From: Malacoraja senta | Taxonomy: Eukaryota | Direction: 5' to 3' | Assembly (NCBI GenBank): GCA_038087875.1 | Contig: JAXLNO010000462.1 | Coordinates: forward strand, 362,731 to 382,730 | Length of the DNA: 20,000 bases | Shown: positions 1 through 10,213 of the stretch, piece by piece | How positions within the stretch are numbered: position 1 is the first letter of the stretch | Layout: each line of letters starts with the position of its first letter | The notes under the pieces: generated by a model | What the model saw: the letters and a program-made list of their open reading frames with translations, nothing else | What the model was told of the DNA's origin: nothing | The model's database searches: none | Made by a program: the position numbers and the translations under genes

Positions 1-171
1 TCTCCCCCCCCCTCCTCCTCGTGACTCCCCCTCCCCTCAAGAAAAGTTGCCTCACGACATTTTCCTCCCCTTCCGGGGGCTGGAGTTTGTGGGGGGAGCG
101 TTAGGAGAGGCTGGGAGAGCGACCGGCAGGATCTGGATTGTAATAGTAGCCATCACCTTCAGTCGACTTTA

Positions 172-673
172 ACCCCCCCCCCCTCTCTCTATCCCTCCCC
201 CTCTCTCTCTCCTCCCCCTCTCTCTCTCTCTCTCTCTCCCCTCTCTCTCTCCTCTCTCTCTCCCCCTCTCTCTCTCCTCCCCCTCTCTCCTCCCCTCTCT
301 TTCCCTCCCTCTCTCCTCTCTCTCTCCACACCCCCTCTCTCCCCGCCTCTCTCTCTCTCTCCCTCTTTTTCCTCCACCTCTCTCTCTCTCCTCCCCCTCC
401 CTCTCTCTCCTCCCTCCCCACCCCCTCTCCCCCCTTCGTCTCCCTCTCTCTCTCCTCTCTCTCTCTCCCCCTCTTTCTCCTCCCTCCCTCTCTCTCTCTC
501 CTCCCTCCTTCTCTCTCTCCCTCTCTCTCCTCCCCCCTCTCCCCTCCTCTCTCTCTCTCCCTCCCTCTCTCTCCTCCCCCCCTCTCTCCCCTCTCTCTCT
601 CTCTCTCCTCCCCCCCTCTCTCTCTCCCACCCTCTCTCTCTCTCCCCCACTCACCCCCCCTCTCTCCCCACCC
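172..673. repeat. CT-rich polypyrimidine low-complexity tract
   Basis: Almost exclusively C/T with degenerate (CT)n and (CCT)n units; the ORFs over it are E/R/G-rich artefacts. Confidence 0.95.
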
Positions 674-1087
674 CTGGAGTCTAACACTAGGTTGCGAAGG
701 TCGTCTCCGTGCTGTTACCACGAATCATTGCAAATAAAACCAAAGGTATATTTTCTTACATCATTACTCGCATCCACCTCTGCCTGCTTCTAAACTGAGG
801 GGGGAAAGAGGGAGGGAGCGAAGGAGAGGGAGGGAGAGAGAGAGGGAGGTGGGAGGGAGAGAGGTCGGTCTGTGAAAATATTTGGCCTTGCTCTGCTGAG
901 AAATTTTCACTTACAGATACGTTGAAGAAAGATCTACTTTCCACTTAGCTGCGAACTTGTTCTTACAGATAAATATTAACAGGGCAGACTCGAGTTCCAC
1001 TTGGCTCTTGTACTAGAGCGTGGCTTCATTGTATTTATTACTTTCATTGTATTTATTAATAGTAATAACTGATGTTTGATTCAGAGC

Positions 1088-1360
1088 TAGATACATAGAC
1101 AATAAGTGCAGGAGTCGGCCATTCGGCCCTTTGAGCCAGCACCACTATTCAATAACGATCATGGCTGATCATCCACAATCAGTACCCCCGTTCCTGCCTT
1201 CTCCCCATAATCCCTTGATTCCGTTAGCCCCGAAGAGCAAAAATCTACCTCTCTCTTAAAAACATCCTGTGAATTGGCCTCCACTTCCTTCTGTGGCAGA
1301 GAATCCCACAGATTCACAACTCTCCGGGTGGAAAAGTTTCTCCTCATCTCAGTCCTAAAT
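1088..1360 (-). mobile_element. CR1-clade LINE 3' end fragment (5'-truncated)
   Basis: Minus translation RTEMRRNFSTRRVVNLWDSLPQKEVEANSQDVFKREVD matches the CR1 ORF2 C-terminus. The 3' UTR is homologous to 2726-2960 and ends in a short (AGAT/ACAT)-type tail near 1088-1100. Confidence 0.9.
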
Positions 1361-1416
1361 TGCCACAGATTCACAACTCTCTGGGTGGAAAAATTGCCAC
1401 AGATTTACAACTCTCT
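1357..1416 (+). repeat. Partial tandem duplication (period 34 bp) copied from the adjacent LINE
   Basis: CCACAGATT(C/T)ACAACTCT occurs at 1306, 1363 and 1397. Confidence 0.85.
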
Positions 1417-1645
1417 AGGGGAGGGACTCAAATAGAGAAAGCTAGTAGACAGTGTGTGAGGCAGGAGGCAGAGAAGGGAAGCACTCAGACCCAACATGTA
1501 GGGGAGAAAGAAGAAAAATGCAATAAACAGAATAAGAGGTGGTGGGTTTCTTAAATGTGTATATTTTAATGCTAGGAGCATTGTAAGAAAGGTGGATGAG
1601 CTAGAGCCTGGATTGACACCTGGAAGTATGATGTTGTGGCGATTA
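1417..1645 (+). mobile_element. CR1 LINE copy A, 5' part (ORF2 start, N-terminus of the APE endonuclease)
   Basis: Translates, with a frameshift, as KCVYFNARSIVRKVDEL..WIDTWKYDVVAI, which continues as SETWLQDG at ~4556. Confidence 0.85.
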
Positions 1646-2725
1646 TTGTGAATTTTTTGAAGAGATTACTAGGGAAATTGATGAGGGTAAAGCGGTGGAT
1701 GTTGTCTATATGGACTTCAGTAAGGCCTTTGACAAGGTTCCACATGGAAGGTTGGTTAAGAAGATTCAATTGTTGGGTATTAATGGTGGAGTAGCAATAT
1801 GGATTCAACAGTGGCTGAATGGGAGATGCCAGAGAGTAATGCTGGATGGCTGTTTGTCAGGTTGGAGGCTGGTGACTAGTGGGGTGCCTCAGGGGTCTGT
1901 GTTGGTCCACTGTTGTTTGTCATATACATCAATGATATGGATGATGGTGTGGTAAATTGGATTAGTAAGTTTGCAGCTGATACTAAGATAGGTGGTGGTG
2001 TGGATAATGAAGTAGATTTTCAAAGTCTACAGAGAGATTTAGGCCATTTGGAAGAGTGGGCTGAAAGATGGCAGATGGAGTTTTATGCTGATAAGTGTGA
2101 TGTGCTACATCTTGGTAGGACATATCAAAATAGGACGTAACATGGTAAATGGTAGCGAATTGAGGAATGCAGTTGAACAGAGGGATCTAGGAATAACTGC
2201 ATAGTTCCCTGAAGGTGGAATCTCATGATGGTAGGGTGGTAAAGAAAGCTTTTGGTGTGCTGGCCTTTATAAATCAGAGCATTGAGTATAGAAGTTGGGA
2301 TTTAATGTTAAAATTGGTACAAGGCATTGGTGAGGCCAATTCTGGAGTATGGAGTACAACGTTGGTCGCCTAATTATAGGAAGGATGTCAACAAAATAGA
2401 GAGAGTACAGAGGAGATTTACTAGAATGTTGCCTGGGTTTCGTCAACTAAGTTACAGAGAAAGGTTGAACAAGTTTGGTCTTTATTCTTTGGAGCGCAGA
2501 AGGTTATGAGGGGACTTGATAGAGGTCTTTAAAATTATGAGCGGGTTAGACAGAGTGGACGTGGATAAGCTTTTGCCATTGAGAGTAGGGAAGATTCAAA
2601 CAAGGGGACATGACTTGAGAATTAAGGGACAGAAGTTTAGGGGTAACATTAGGGGGAACTTCTTTACTCAGAGAGTGGTAGCTGTGGAATGAGCTTCCAG
2701 TGGGAAGTGGTGGAGGCAGGTTCAT
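1646..2725 (+). mobile_element. CR1 LINE copy B (5'-truncated RT region, pseudogenised), left part
   Basis: Motifs VDVVYMDFSKAFDKVPH, SGVPQGSVL, ISKFAADTK and VRPILEYG...IERVQRRFTRM, broken by several frameshifts. Confidence 0.93.
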
Positions 2726-4375
2726 AGATACATAGATACATTGAAAATAGGTGCAGGAGTAGGCCATTCGGCCCTTCGAGCCTGCACCGCCATTCAATAT
2801 GATCATGGCTGATCATCCAACTCAGTATCCCGTACCTGCCTTCTCTCCATACCCCCTGATCCCTTTAGCCACAAGGGCCACATCTAACTCCCTCTTAAAT
2901 ATAGCCAATGAACTGGCCTCAACTACCTGTGTGAAAACGTTTTTCCTCATCTCGGTCTTAAAGGATTTCCCCCTTATCCTTAAGCTGTGACCCCTTGTCC
3001 TGGACTTCCCCAACATCGGGGAACAATCTTCCTGCATCTAGCCTGTCCCAACCCCATAAGAATTTTGTACGTTTCTATAAGATCCCCTCTCAATCTCCTA
3101 AATTCTAGCGAGTATAAGCCAAGTCTATCCAGTCTTTCTTCATATGAAAGTCCTGACATCCCAGGAATCAGTCTGGTGAACCTTCTCTGCACTCCCTCTA
3201 TGGCTATAATGTCCTTCCTCAGAATTTGGAGACCAAAACTGAACGCAATACTCCAGGTGTGGTCTCACCAAGACCCTGTACAACTGCAGTAGAACCTCCC
3301 TGCTCCTATACTCAAATCCTCTTGCTATGAAGGCCAACATACCATTCGCTTTCTCACTGCCTGCTGCACCTGCATGCCTACTTTCAATGACTGGTGTACC
3401 ATGACACCCAGGTCTCGCTGCACCTCCCCCATTTCCTAATCGGCCACCATTTAGATAATAGTCTGCCTTCCCGTTTTTGCCACCAAAGTGGATAACCTCA
3501 CATTTATCCACATTATACTGCATCTGCCAAACATTTGCCCACTCACCCAGCCTATCCAAGTCACCTTGCAGTCTCCTAGCATCCTCCTCACAGCTAACAC
3601 TGCCCCCCAGCTTAGTGTCATCCGCAAACTTGGAGATGTTGCTTTCAATTCCCTCGTCCAGATCATTAATATAAATTGTAAAATAGCTGGGGTCCCAGCA
3701 CTGAGCCTTGCGGTACCCCACTAGTCACTGCCTGCCATTGTGAAAAGGACCCGTTACTCCTACTCTTTGCTTCCTGTTTGCCAGCCAGTTCTCTATCCAC
3801 ATCAATACTGAACCCCCAATACCGTGTGATTTAAGTTTGTATCCTAATCTCTTATGTGGTATCTTGTCGAAAGCCTTCTGAAAGTCCCAGATACAACACA
3901 TCCACTGGTTCTCCCCTATCCACTCTACTAGTTACATCCTCGAAAAATTCTATAATATTCGTCAGACACGATTTACCTTTCGTAAATCCATGCTGACTTT
4001 GTGCAATGATTTCACCACTTTCCAAATGTGCTGCTATCCCATCTTTAATAACTGACTCTAGCAGTTCCCCACTACCGATGTTAGACTAACTGGTCTGTAA
4101 TTCCCCGTTTTCTCTCTCCCTCCCTTCTTAAAAAGGGGGGTTACGTTTGCTACCCTCCAATCCTCAGGAACTACTCCAGAATCTAAAGAATTTTGAAAAA
4201 TTATCACTAATGCATCCACTATTTCTGGAGCTACTTCCTTAAGTACTCTGGGATGCAGCCTATCTGGCCCTGGTGATTTATCGGCCTTTAATCCATTCAA
4301 TTTACCCAACACCACTTCCCGACTAACCTGGATTCACTCAGTTCCTCCATCTCCTTTGACCCCTGCTATTTCCGG
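2726..4375 (-). mobile_element. CR1 LINE copy C (different subfamily, 5'-truncated), inserted antisense into copy B
   Basis: Minus-strand motifs KSPGPDRLHPRVLKE, NYRPVSLTSVVG, ISKFADDTKLG, VRPHLEYCVQFWSP and YEERLDRLGLYSLE; (TATGTATC)n-like tail at 2726-2741; CAT on both flanks (2723-2725, 4376-4378). Confidence 0.93.
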
Positions 4376-4551
4376 CATGTTATCCTTTAAAATAGATTGG
4401 ATAGGTATATGGACGGTAAGGAATGGAGGGTTATGGTCTGAGTGCAGGTAGATGGGACTAGGGGGAAAGTAAAAAAAGAAAAAATTTAAAAAGCATTCGG
4501 CACAGCCTTGAAGGGTCGAGATGGCCTGTTTCCGTGCTGTAATGGTTATAT
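4376..4551 (+). mobile_element. CR1 LINE copy B, 3' end and 3' UTR
   Basis: Resumes copy B (…GGCAGGTTCAT|GTTATCCTTTAAAATAGATTGGATAGGTATATGGA, LDRYMD motif) and ends GGCCTGTTTCCGTGCTGTAATGGTTATAT. Confidence 0.8.
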
Positions 4552-6966
4552 GATTAGTGAAACATGGTTGCAGGATGGCTGTGATTGGAAACTAAAATAT
4601 TCCAGGATTTCGTTGCTTCAGGTGTGATAGAATTGGAGGGGCAGGAGGTGGAGGTGTTGCATTGCTTGTCAGAAGATATTACAGCAGTGCTTTGGCAGGA
4701 TAGATGAGAGAGCTCGTCTAGGGAGGCTATTTGGGTGGAACTGAGAAATGGGAATTGTGTAGCAACACTTATAGGGGTGTATTATAGACCGCCAAATGGG
4801 TAGCGAGAATTGGAAGAGTAAATATGTAAGGGGATAGCAGATATTGGTAGTAAGCACATGGTAGTGATTGTGGGAGATTTCAATTTTCCACACATAGACT
4901 GGGAAACACATTCTGTAAAAGGGCTGGATGGTTTGGAGTTTGTAAAATGTGTGCAGGATAGTTTTATGCAGCAATACATAGAGGTACCTACTAGAGAAGG
5001 GGCAGTGCTGGACCTCCTGTTAGGAAATGAGACAGGGCAGGTGGCGGAGGTATGCGTTGGGGAGCACTTCGGGTCCAGTGATCACAATACCATTAGTTTC
5101 AATATAATTATGGAGAAGGTCAGAACTGGACCAACGGTTGAGATTTTTGATTGGAGAAAGGCTAACTTTGAGGAGATGCGAAAGGATTTAATAGGAGTGA
5201 ATTGGGACATTTTGTTTTATGGGAAGGATGTAGAAGAGAAAAGGAGGACATTTAAAGATGAAATTTTAAGAGTACAGAATCTTTATGTCCCTGTTCGGTT
5301 GAAAGGAAAGTAATAATTTGGAAAGAGCCAGGGTTTTCAAGGAAATTGGACACTTGGTTCGGAAAAGAGAGAGATCTACAATAATTATAGGCAGCATGGA
5401 GTCAATGAGGTGCTTGAGGAGTATAAAGAATGTAAAAGAATCTTAAGAAAGAAATTAGAAAAGCTAAAAGAAGATATGAGGTTGCTCTGGCAAGTAAGGT
5501 GAATAAATCCAAAGGGTTACTACAGTTATATTAATAGCAGAAGGATAACGAGGGATAAAGTTGGTCCATTAGAGAGTCAGAGTGGACAGGTATCTGCAGA
5601 GCCAAAAGAGATGGGGGAGATATTGAACAATTTCTTTTCTTCGATATTCACCAAGGAGAAGGATATGGAATTATGTGAGGTAAGGGAAACAAGTAGAGTA
5701 GCTATGGAGACTGAGGATCAAAGAAGAGGAAGTACTGACACTTTTGAAAAATATAAAAGTGGATAAGTCTCCAGGTCCTGACAGGATATTCCCTGGGACA
5801 TTGAGGGAAGTTAGTGTAGAAATAGCAGGGGCTATGACAGAAATGTTTCAAATATCATTAGAAACGGGAATGGTGCCGGAGGATTGGCGTACTGCGCATG
5901 TTGTTCCATTGTTTAAAAAGGTTTCTGAGAGTAAACCTAGCAATTATAGACCTGTTAGTTTGACATCAGTGGTGGGCAAATTAATGAGATAATATATACA
6001 ATCATCTGGATAAACAGGGTCTGATTAGGAACAGTCAACATGGATTTGTGCCTGGAAGGTCATGTTTGACTAACCTTGAATTTTTTCGAAGAGGTTACTA
6101 GGGAAATTGATGAGGGTAAAGCGGTGGATGTTGTCTATATGGACTTCAGTAAGGCCTTTGACAAGGTTCCACATGGAAGGTTGGTTAAGAAGATTCAATT
6201 GTTGGGTATTAATGGTGGAGTAGCAAGATGGATTCAACAGTGGCTGAATGGGAGATGCCAGAGAGTAATGGTGGATGGCTGTTTGTCAGGTTGGAGGCCG
6301 GTGACTAGTGGGGTGCCTCAGGGGTCTGTGTTGGGTCACTGTTGTTTGTCATATACATCAATGATCTGGATGATGGTGTGGCAAATTGGATTAGTAAGTA
6401 TGCAGCTGATACTAAGATAGGTGGTGTTGTTGATAATGAAGTAGATTTTAAAAGTCTACAGAGAGATTTAGGCCATTTGGAAGAGTGGGCTGAAAGATGG
6501 CAGATGGAGTTTAAATGCTGCTAAGTGTGAGGTGGCTACATCTTGGTAGGACATATCAAAATAGGACGTACATGGTAAATGGTAGCGAATTGAGGAATGC
6601 AGTTGAACAGAGGGATCTAGGAATAACTGCATAGTTCCCTGAAGGTGGAATCTCATGTAGATAGGGTGGTAAAGAAAAGCTTTTGGTGTGTTGGCTTTAT
6701 AAATCAGAGCATTGAGTATAGAAGTTGGGATGTAATGTTAAAATTGTACAAGGCATTGGTGAGGCCCATTCTGGAGTATGGTGTACAATTTTGATTGCCA
6801 AATTATAGGAAAGATGTCAACAAAATAGAGAGAATACAGAGAAGATTTACTAGAATGTTGCCTGGGTTTCAGCACCTAAGTTACAGAGAAAGGTTGAACA
6901 AGTTAGGGTCTTTATTTGGGAGCGCAGAAGGTTAAGAGGGGACTTGATAGAGGTCTTCAAAATGAT
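4552..6966 (+). mobile_element. CR1 LINE copy A, remainder of ORF2 (endonuclease plus RT), decayed and 3'-truncated
   Basis: SETWL, YRPP, VGDFNFPHIDW, LDLLLGN and GSSDHNTI (APE endonuclease); KSPGPD, NYRPVSLTS, DFSKAFDKVPH and GVPQGSVLG (RT). Many stops and frameshifts; breaks off at GAGGTCTTCAAAATGAT. Confidence 0.93.
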
Positions 6967-7671
6967 TAGGTTGCCAAATGGCAGTTAGGTGGTCATATAA
7001 GATGGCTTGCATCACGCGTGCGATAATGTGCTCGGACGAAGTGCGTAGTTACCAGTCGGAATTATGCGCAATGAAGCATTCACATATTTCTGCTTCAAAT
7101 AAAGTCACAAACTAAACATATTCACCAATCAAGTCATGATATATACCACAATGACATGCAGCAAAATCATAATACAGTATCTCAACTCTTTATACACATT
7201 GCAATTAATGCAATTTTATTAGTTCTTTCCACTTCCAAACAAAAATGTGGTTGGATTATTCAGCGTATGATCAACTTGTGTCAATAAATCCTGGACCATG
7301 ATAACATATATGCTTAACCATGCACACTATAGATTGATGCAAGCATGTTTTCTGTGAAGGACCATAAATTATCATGACATGGCCATAGCATGGGTCGTTA
7401 TTGCTATTGGTACAGAAACACTCTCGCTTCCCACATAATTTATCCACAACAAAAATATACAGGTTGCAAGGAATTTTCTAAAGGCATTTTATGATAATGG
7501 CTGTTAAAAACTGACTATACCCATCTGACAGGTTAAACATTACACTAAACTAACAAGAGATGGCCAAAGGACATAACTGCAGCAAATGTTCTTTTGGTAA
7601 TATATTTAAAGGCGTCAAGACACCACATTACCGGACATTCAGATTAGATGTTTGTGTGTGAACAGCAATGA

Positions 7672-7755
7672 AGATACCCAGTTTGTAAGCAACAATTGTT
7701 TTTAATTGTTGATAGATACCCAGTTTGTAAGCAACAATTGTTTTTAATTGTTGAT
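7672..7755. repeat. Perfect 2 x 42 bp tandem duplication
   Basis: AGATACCCAGTTTGTAAGCAACAATTGTTTTTAATTGTTGAT twice (7672-7713, 7714-7755). Confidence 0.95.
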
Positions 7756-7929
7756 AAACACTTTGTCCATCATTCCCACCAGAATTAACGTTAAAATTTC
7801 AACTGAAATATCTCCTGACCAAATTTGTGATGTATAGGACTGACTAGAAGTAAAATCTGGATAAATCCAACGTATAGTTGTGAATGTTGCTCATTAAATA
7901 ACTACAGTACTGATACTCCATATTAAGAG

Positions 7930-8058
7930 TGTTAAAGAAGGAACTGCAGATGCTGGAAAATCGAAGGTACACAAAAATGCTGGAGAAACTCAGCGGGTGC
8001 AGCAGCATCTATGGAGCGAAGGAAATAGGTAAAGTTTCGGGCCGAAACCCTTCTTCAG
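7930..8058 (-). mobile_element. Short Penelope-derived element with hammerhead-like core
   Basis: Near-identical to 15981-16104 and, reverse-complemented, to 10122-10213; flanked by ATTAAGAG at 7922-7929 and 8059-8066. Confidence 0.8.
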
Positions 8059-8270
8059 ATTAAGAGCATTGATTTGCCATAAAAAATGAATTCTGTAATA
8101 AGGTGTCAACGGTAGCAGTGACAATCGAACATTGCGGTTTTAATGTTTCACGTGTTCACATCTTTATGAATTAAAACAAATAATAACATTGGGAATTAAA
8201 ACATATTTGATTGCATTCCATTGTCAAACATAGTCAATGTTCGCTCTGAAGACATTTCCAGCACAATAGT

Positions 8271-8745
8271 GTCGGGGGGGGGGGGGGGATTGAATCAGTG
8301 CAGGATGGATAGATGGCGGTGGGGGGGGGGTTGAGAAGGCAAACGGTGCGGATTGGATGGATTGAGGCAGGGGAATTAGTGCGTGTTGGTTGGAGTTGGT
8401 AAAATTGTGAGGGGAGAGTGCGGGGGATGACGGGTTGAATGGGGATAATCTGTGCAGGATGAAGGGGTAGTGCAGGATGGATGGGAAGGGAGGTCAGGAC
8501 AGGATGAATTGGGGCCAGTGTAGGATTGATGGGGAGTGGCAGGAGAATCAATGCGAGGTGGAAAGGGAGATCAGTGCAGGATGAATAGATGGGGGGGGGA
8601 GTAGATGAGGACGGGAGCACAGGGATGTCAGTGAGGACTGAATAGAGGCAGGAATGGGGATCAGTGCGGGATGGAGAGGAGGGGTCTCAGGGTGAGGGGG
8701 GCGTACAATATCGAGAGAGGAAGGGGCAGAGGAGGTGGGAAGGAA
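8271..8745. repeat. G-rich degenerate minisatellite with (CA)GTGCAGGATG units
   Basis: GTGCAGGATG-like motifs recur, separated by G-runs. Confidence 0.7.
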
Positions 8746-9084
8746 GGTCAGCGCTCCTCGGACAACACCAGCATCATTGCTGCAGGCACGGGGGAACACA
8801 ATATGTTGGCAGCCGCGCGCGCATGCGCACACACACGCGCGGGGCTTCGGAGGCCCTGTGAACGGTAATTTCAGCCCAATTCAGCGCTAAATGCAGCTCA
8901 ACTCTGCCTGACTCGCCGACAGCCCTGTCTTGATTGAGATCTGGATTAAGTTAACCTGGCGGGACCAGCAGAGTTGAGCTGGGTTTAGCGCTGCTTCTCT
9001 GCGCTGGCTGTGGGCACCGCTCCCGTCTGACCCGGGCGTGGAGAGGGGGCTCTGGTGGGGACGGAATGGTCCAGTGGCGGTTCG

Positions 9085-9153
9085 ACAGCGCCGGAGACCG
9101 GGATCGATCCTGGCTGCGGTGCAGGGCTGCCCAGAGCGTTTTGGCACGTCTCC
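9085..9153 (+). mobile_element. Degenerate tRNA-derived SINE head fragment
   Basis: ACAGCGCCGGAGACCGGGATCGATCCTGGC contains a B-box-like GGATCGATCC (9101-9110); resembles recalled elasmobranch HE1-type SINE 5' regions. Confidence 0.45.
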
Positions 9154-9385
9154 CTCCTCCAGTCACCGCGATCTATCCTCCCCCTACTTCCGCCTCTGAC
9201 TGACACCTCCCTCCTCCAAGGGTTTGTTTTGGAAAGCGCCGTTGGCGGAGTGGCAGCAACATTCGCTAACAGGGCGGGCGGGGTGAGGGAGGAGGAGATG
9301 GAGCCGCTGCTGTGCGGGGCCCGTCATTCGCGCCGACCCTCCGTCATGCCACACTTTCCCACGCATTACAGCCGTCGCCGACACA

Positions 9386-9457
9386 AAACGTCACGTTCCT
9401 TTTCTCCAGCGATGCTGCCGGACCCGTGGAGTTACTCCAGTTTTTTGTGTATCTTCG
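9386..9457 (+). mobile_element. Partial copy of the Penelope-derived short repeat (lacks CTGAAGA)
   Basis: AAACGTCAC..TTCTCCAGCGATGCTGCCGGACCCGTGGAGTTACTCCAG..TTTGTGTATCTTC is homologous to 13572-13646. Confidence 0.7.
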
Positions 9458-10103
9458 GTATAAATCAAGTTGCCAAGCCGGGCGAAATGACTCGGCGTTT
9501 AGGTTGCCCGGCGGCACTTTGGGTGGTCAGTGGCACCCGGGCAACCGCTAATTTCAAGCCCTTGCCGCTGAAACGGGGCGCAAGGAGCTCGGAAAATTCG
9601 CCGCCCTGTACGCCGAGTACAGATGCTCCCCGAATCCGGTGCCTCATATTCAGGATTTCTCCGCGCACCTCGAGGGCGCCGCGCAATTCTTCAAGGTGGA
9701 CCTCGTCAGGGGTTACAACCAGATCCCCGTCCACCCTGACGATGTCCCGAAAACCGCCACGATCACCCCATTAGGCCTGTTCGGATGCCTTTCGGTTTAA
9801 AGAACACCGCGTGGGCATTCCAGTGGCTGATGGACCAGGTCGGTCGTGGTCTGCCTTTCGTGTTCATTTATTTAGATGACATTCTTGTCGCCAATGCCTC
9901 GCAGCCGGAGCACATCGCCAACCTCCGGGTTTTGTTTCAGCGCCTCCATGAGCACGGCCTCGTCCTTAGCCCCGCGGTGCCAGTTTGCCGTGCGTTCTAT
10001 CTCCTTCCTGGGGCACAGGGTAACCCCGCAGGGCGCTACCCAGCTTCCCGAGAAGGTCGAGGCCGTCTGGCAGTTCCCACGGCTGCCCACCGTGAAGGGA
10101 CTG

Positions 10104-10213
10104 AGAGTGTTTCTGAAGAAGTCTGAAGAAGGGTTTCGGCCCGAAACGTTGCCTATTTCCTTCGCTCCATAGATGCTGCTGCACCCGCTGAGTTTCTCCA
10201 GCATTTTTGTGTA
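10104..10213 (+). mobile_element. 110 bp Penelope-derived insertion in the Gypsy pol with a 17 bp flanking duplication
   Basis: CCACCGTGAAGGGACTG at 10087-10103 and 10214-10230; removing the insert and one repeat restores PTVKGLQEFVGMV. Confidence 0.9.
10123..10150 (+). ncRNA. Minimal hammerhead-ribozyme-like core
   Basis: CTGAAGA-A-GGGT-TTCG-GCCC-GAAA-CGTT: CUGANGA and GAAA boxes around a UUCG-capped stem II, with palindromic ACGT. Stem I is weak. Confidence 0.6.

Larger units (their letters stand above)
6966..9564. mobile_element. Putative non-autonomous DNA transposon (hAT-like right terminus, left TIR missing)
   Basis: The right end reads AGGGCTTGAAATTAGCGGTTGCC on the minus strand, resembling CAGGG-type hAT TIRs. 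GGTTGCC/GGCAACC subterminal motifs are repeated, and a similar TTAGGTTGCC..GGCA..GGTGGTCA block occurs at 6966 and 9499. No transposase ORF recognised. Confidence 0.5.

Noticed and set aside
101..721. ORFs of 153-206 aa
   Set aside because: Translations of the GA/CT low-complexity tract, which cannot contain stop codons.
985..1016. Possible second Helitron 3' end (CTCGAG palindrome, then CTAG)
   Set aside because: The hairpin is too short, the spacing is atypical, and CTAG is not followed by T.
8814..8840. NRF1-like GCGCATGCGC and alternating purine-pyrimidine run as a promoter
   Set aside because: Lies inside a probable transposon with no supported downstream gene.
9055..9774. 239 aa ORF
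   Set aside because: A GC-rich chance frame crossing several repeat boundaries; the real RT motifs lie in another frame.
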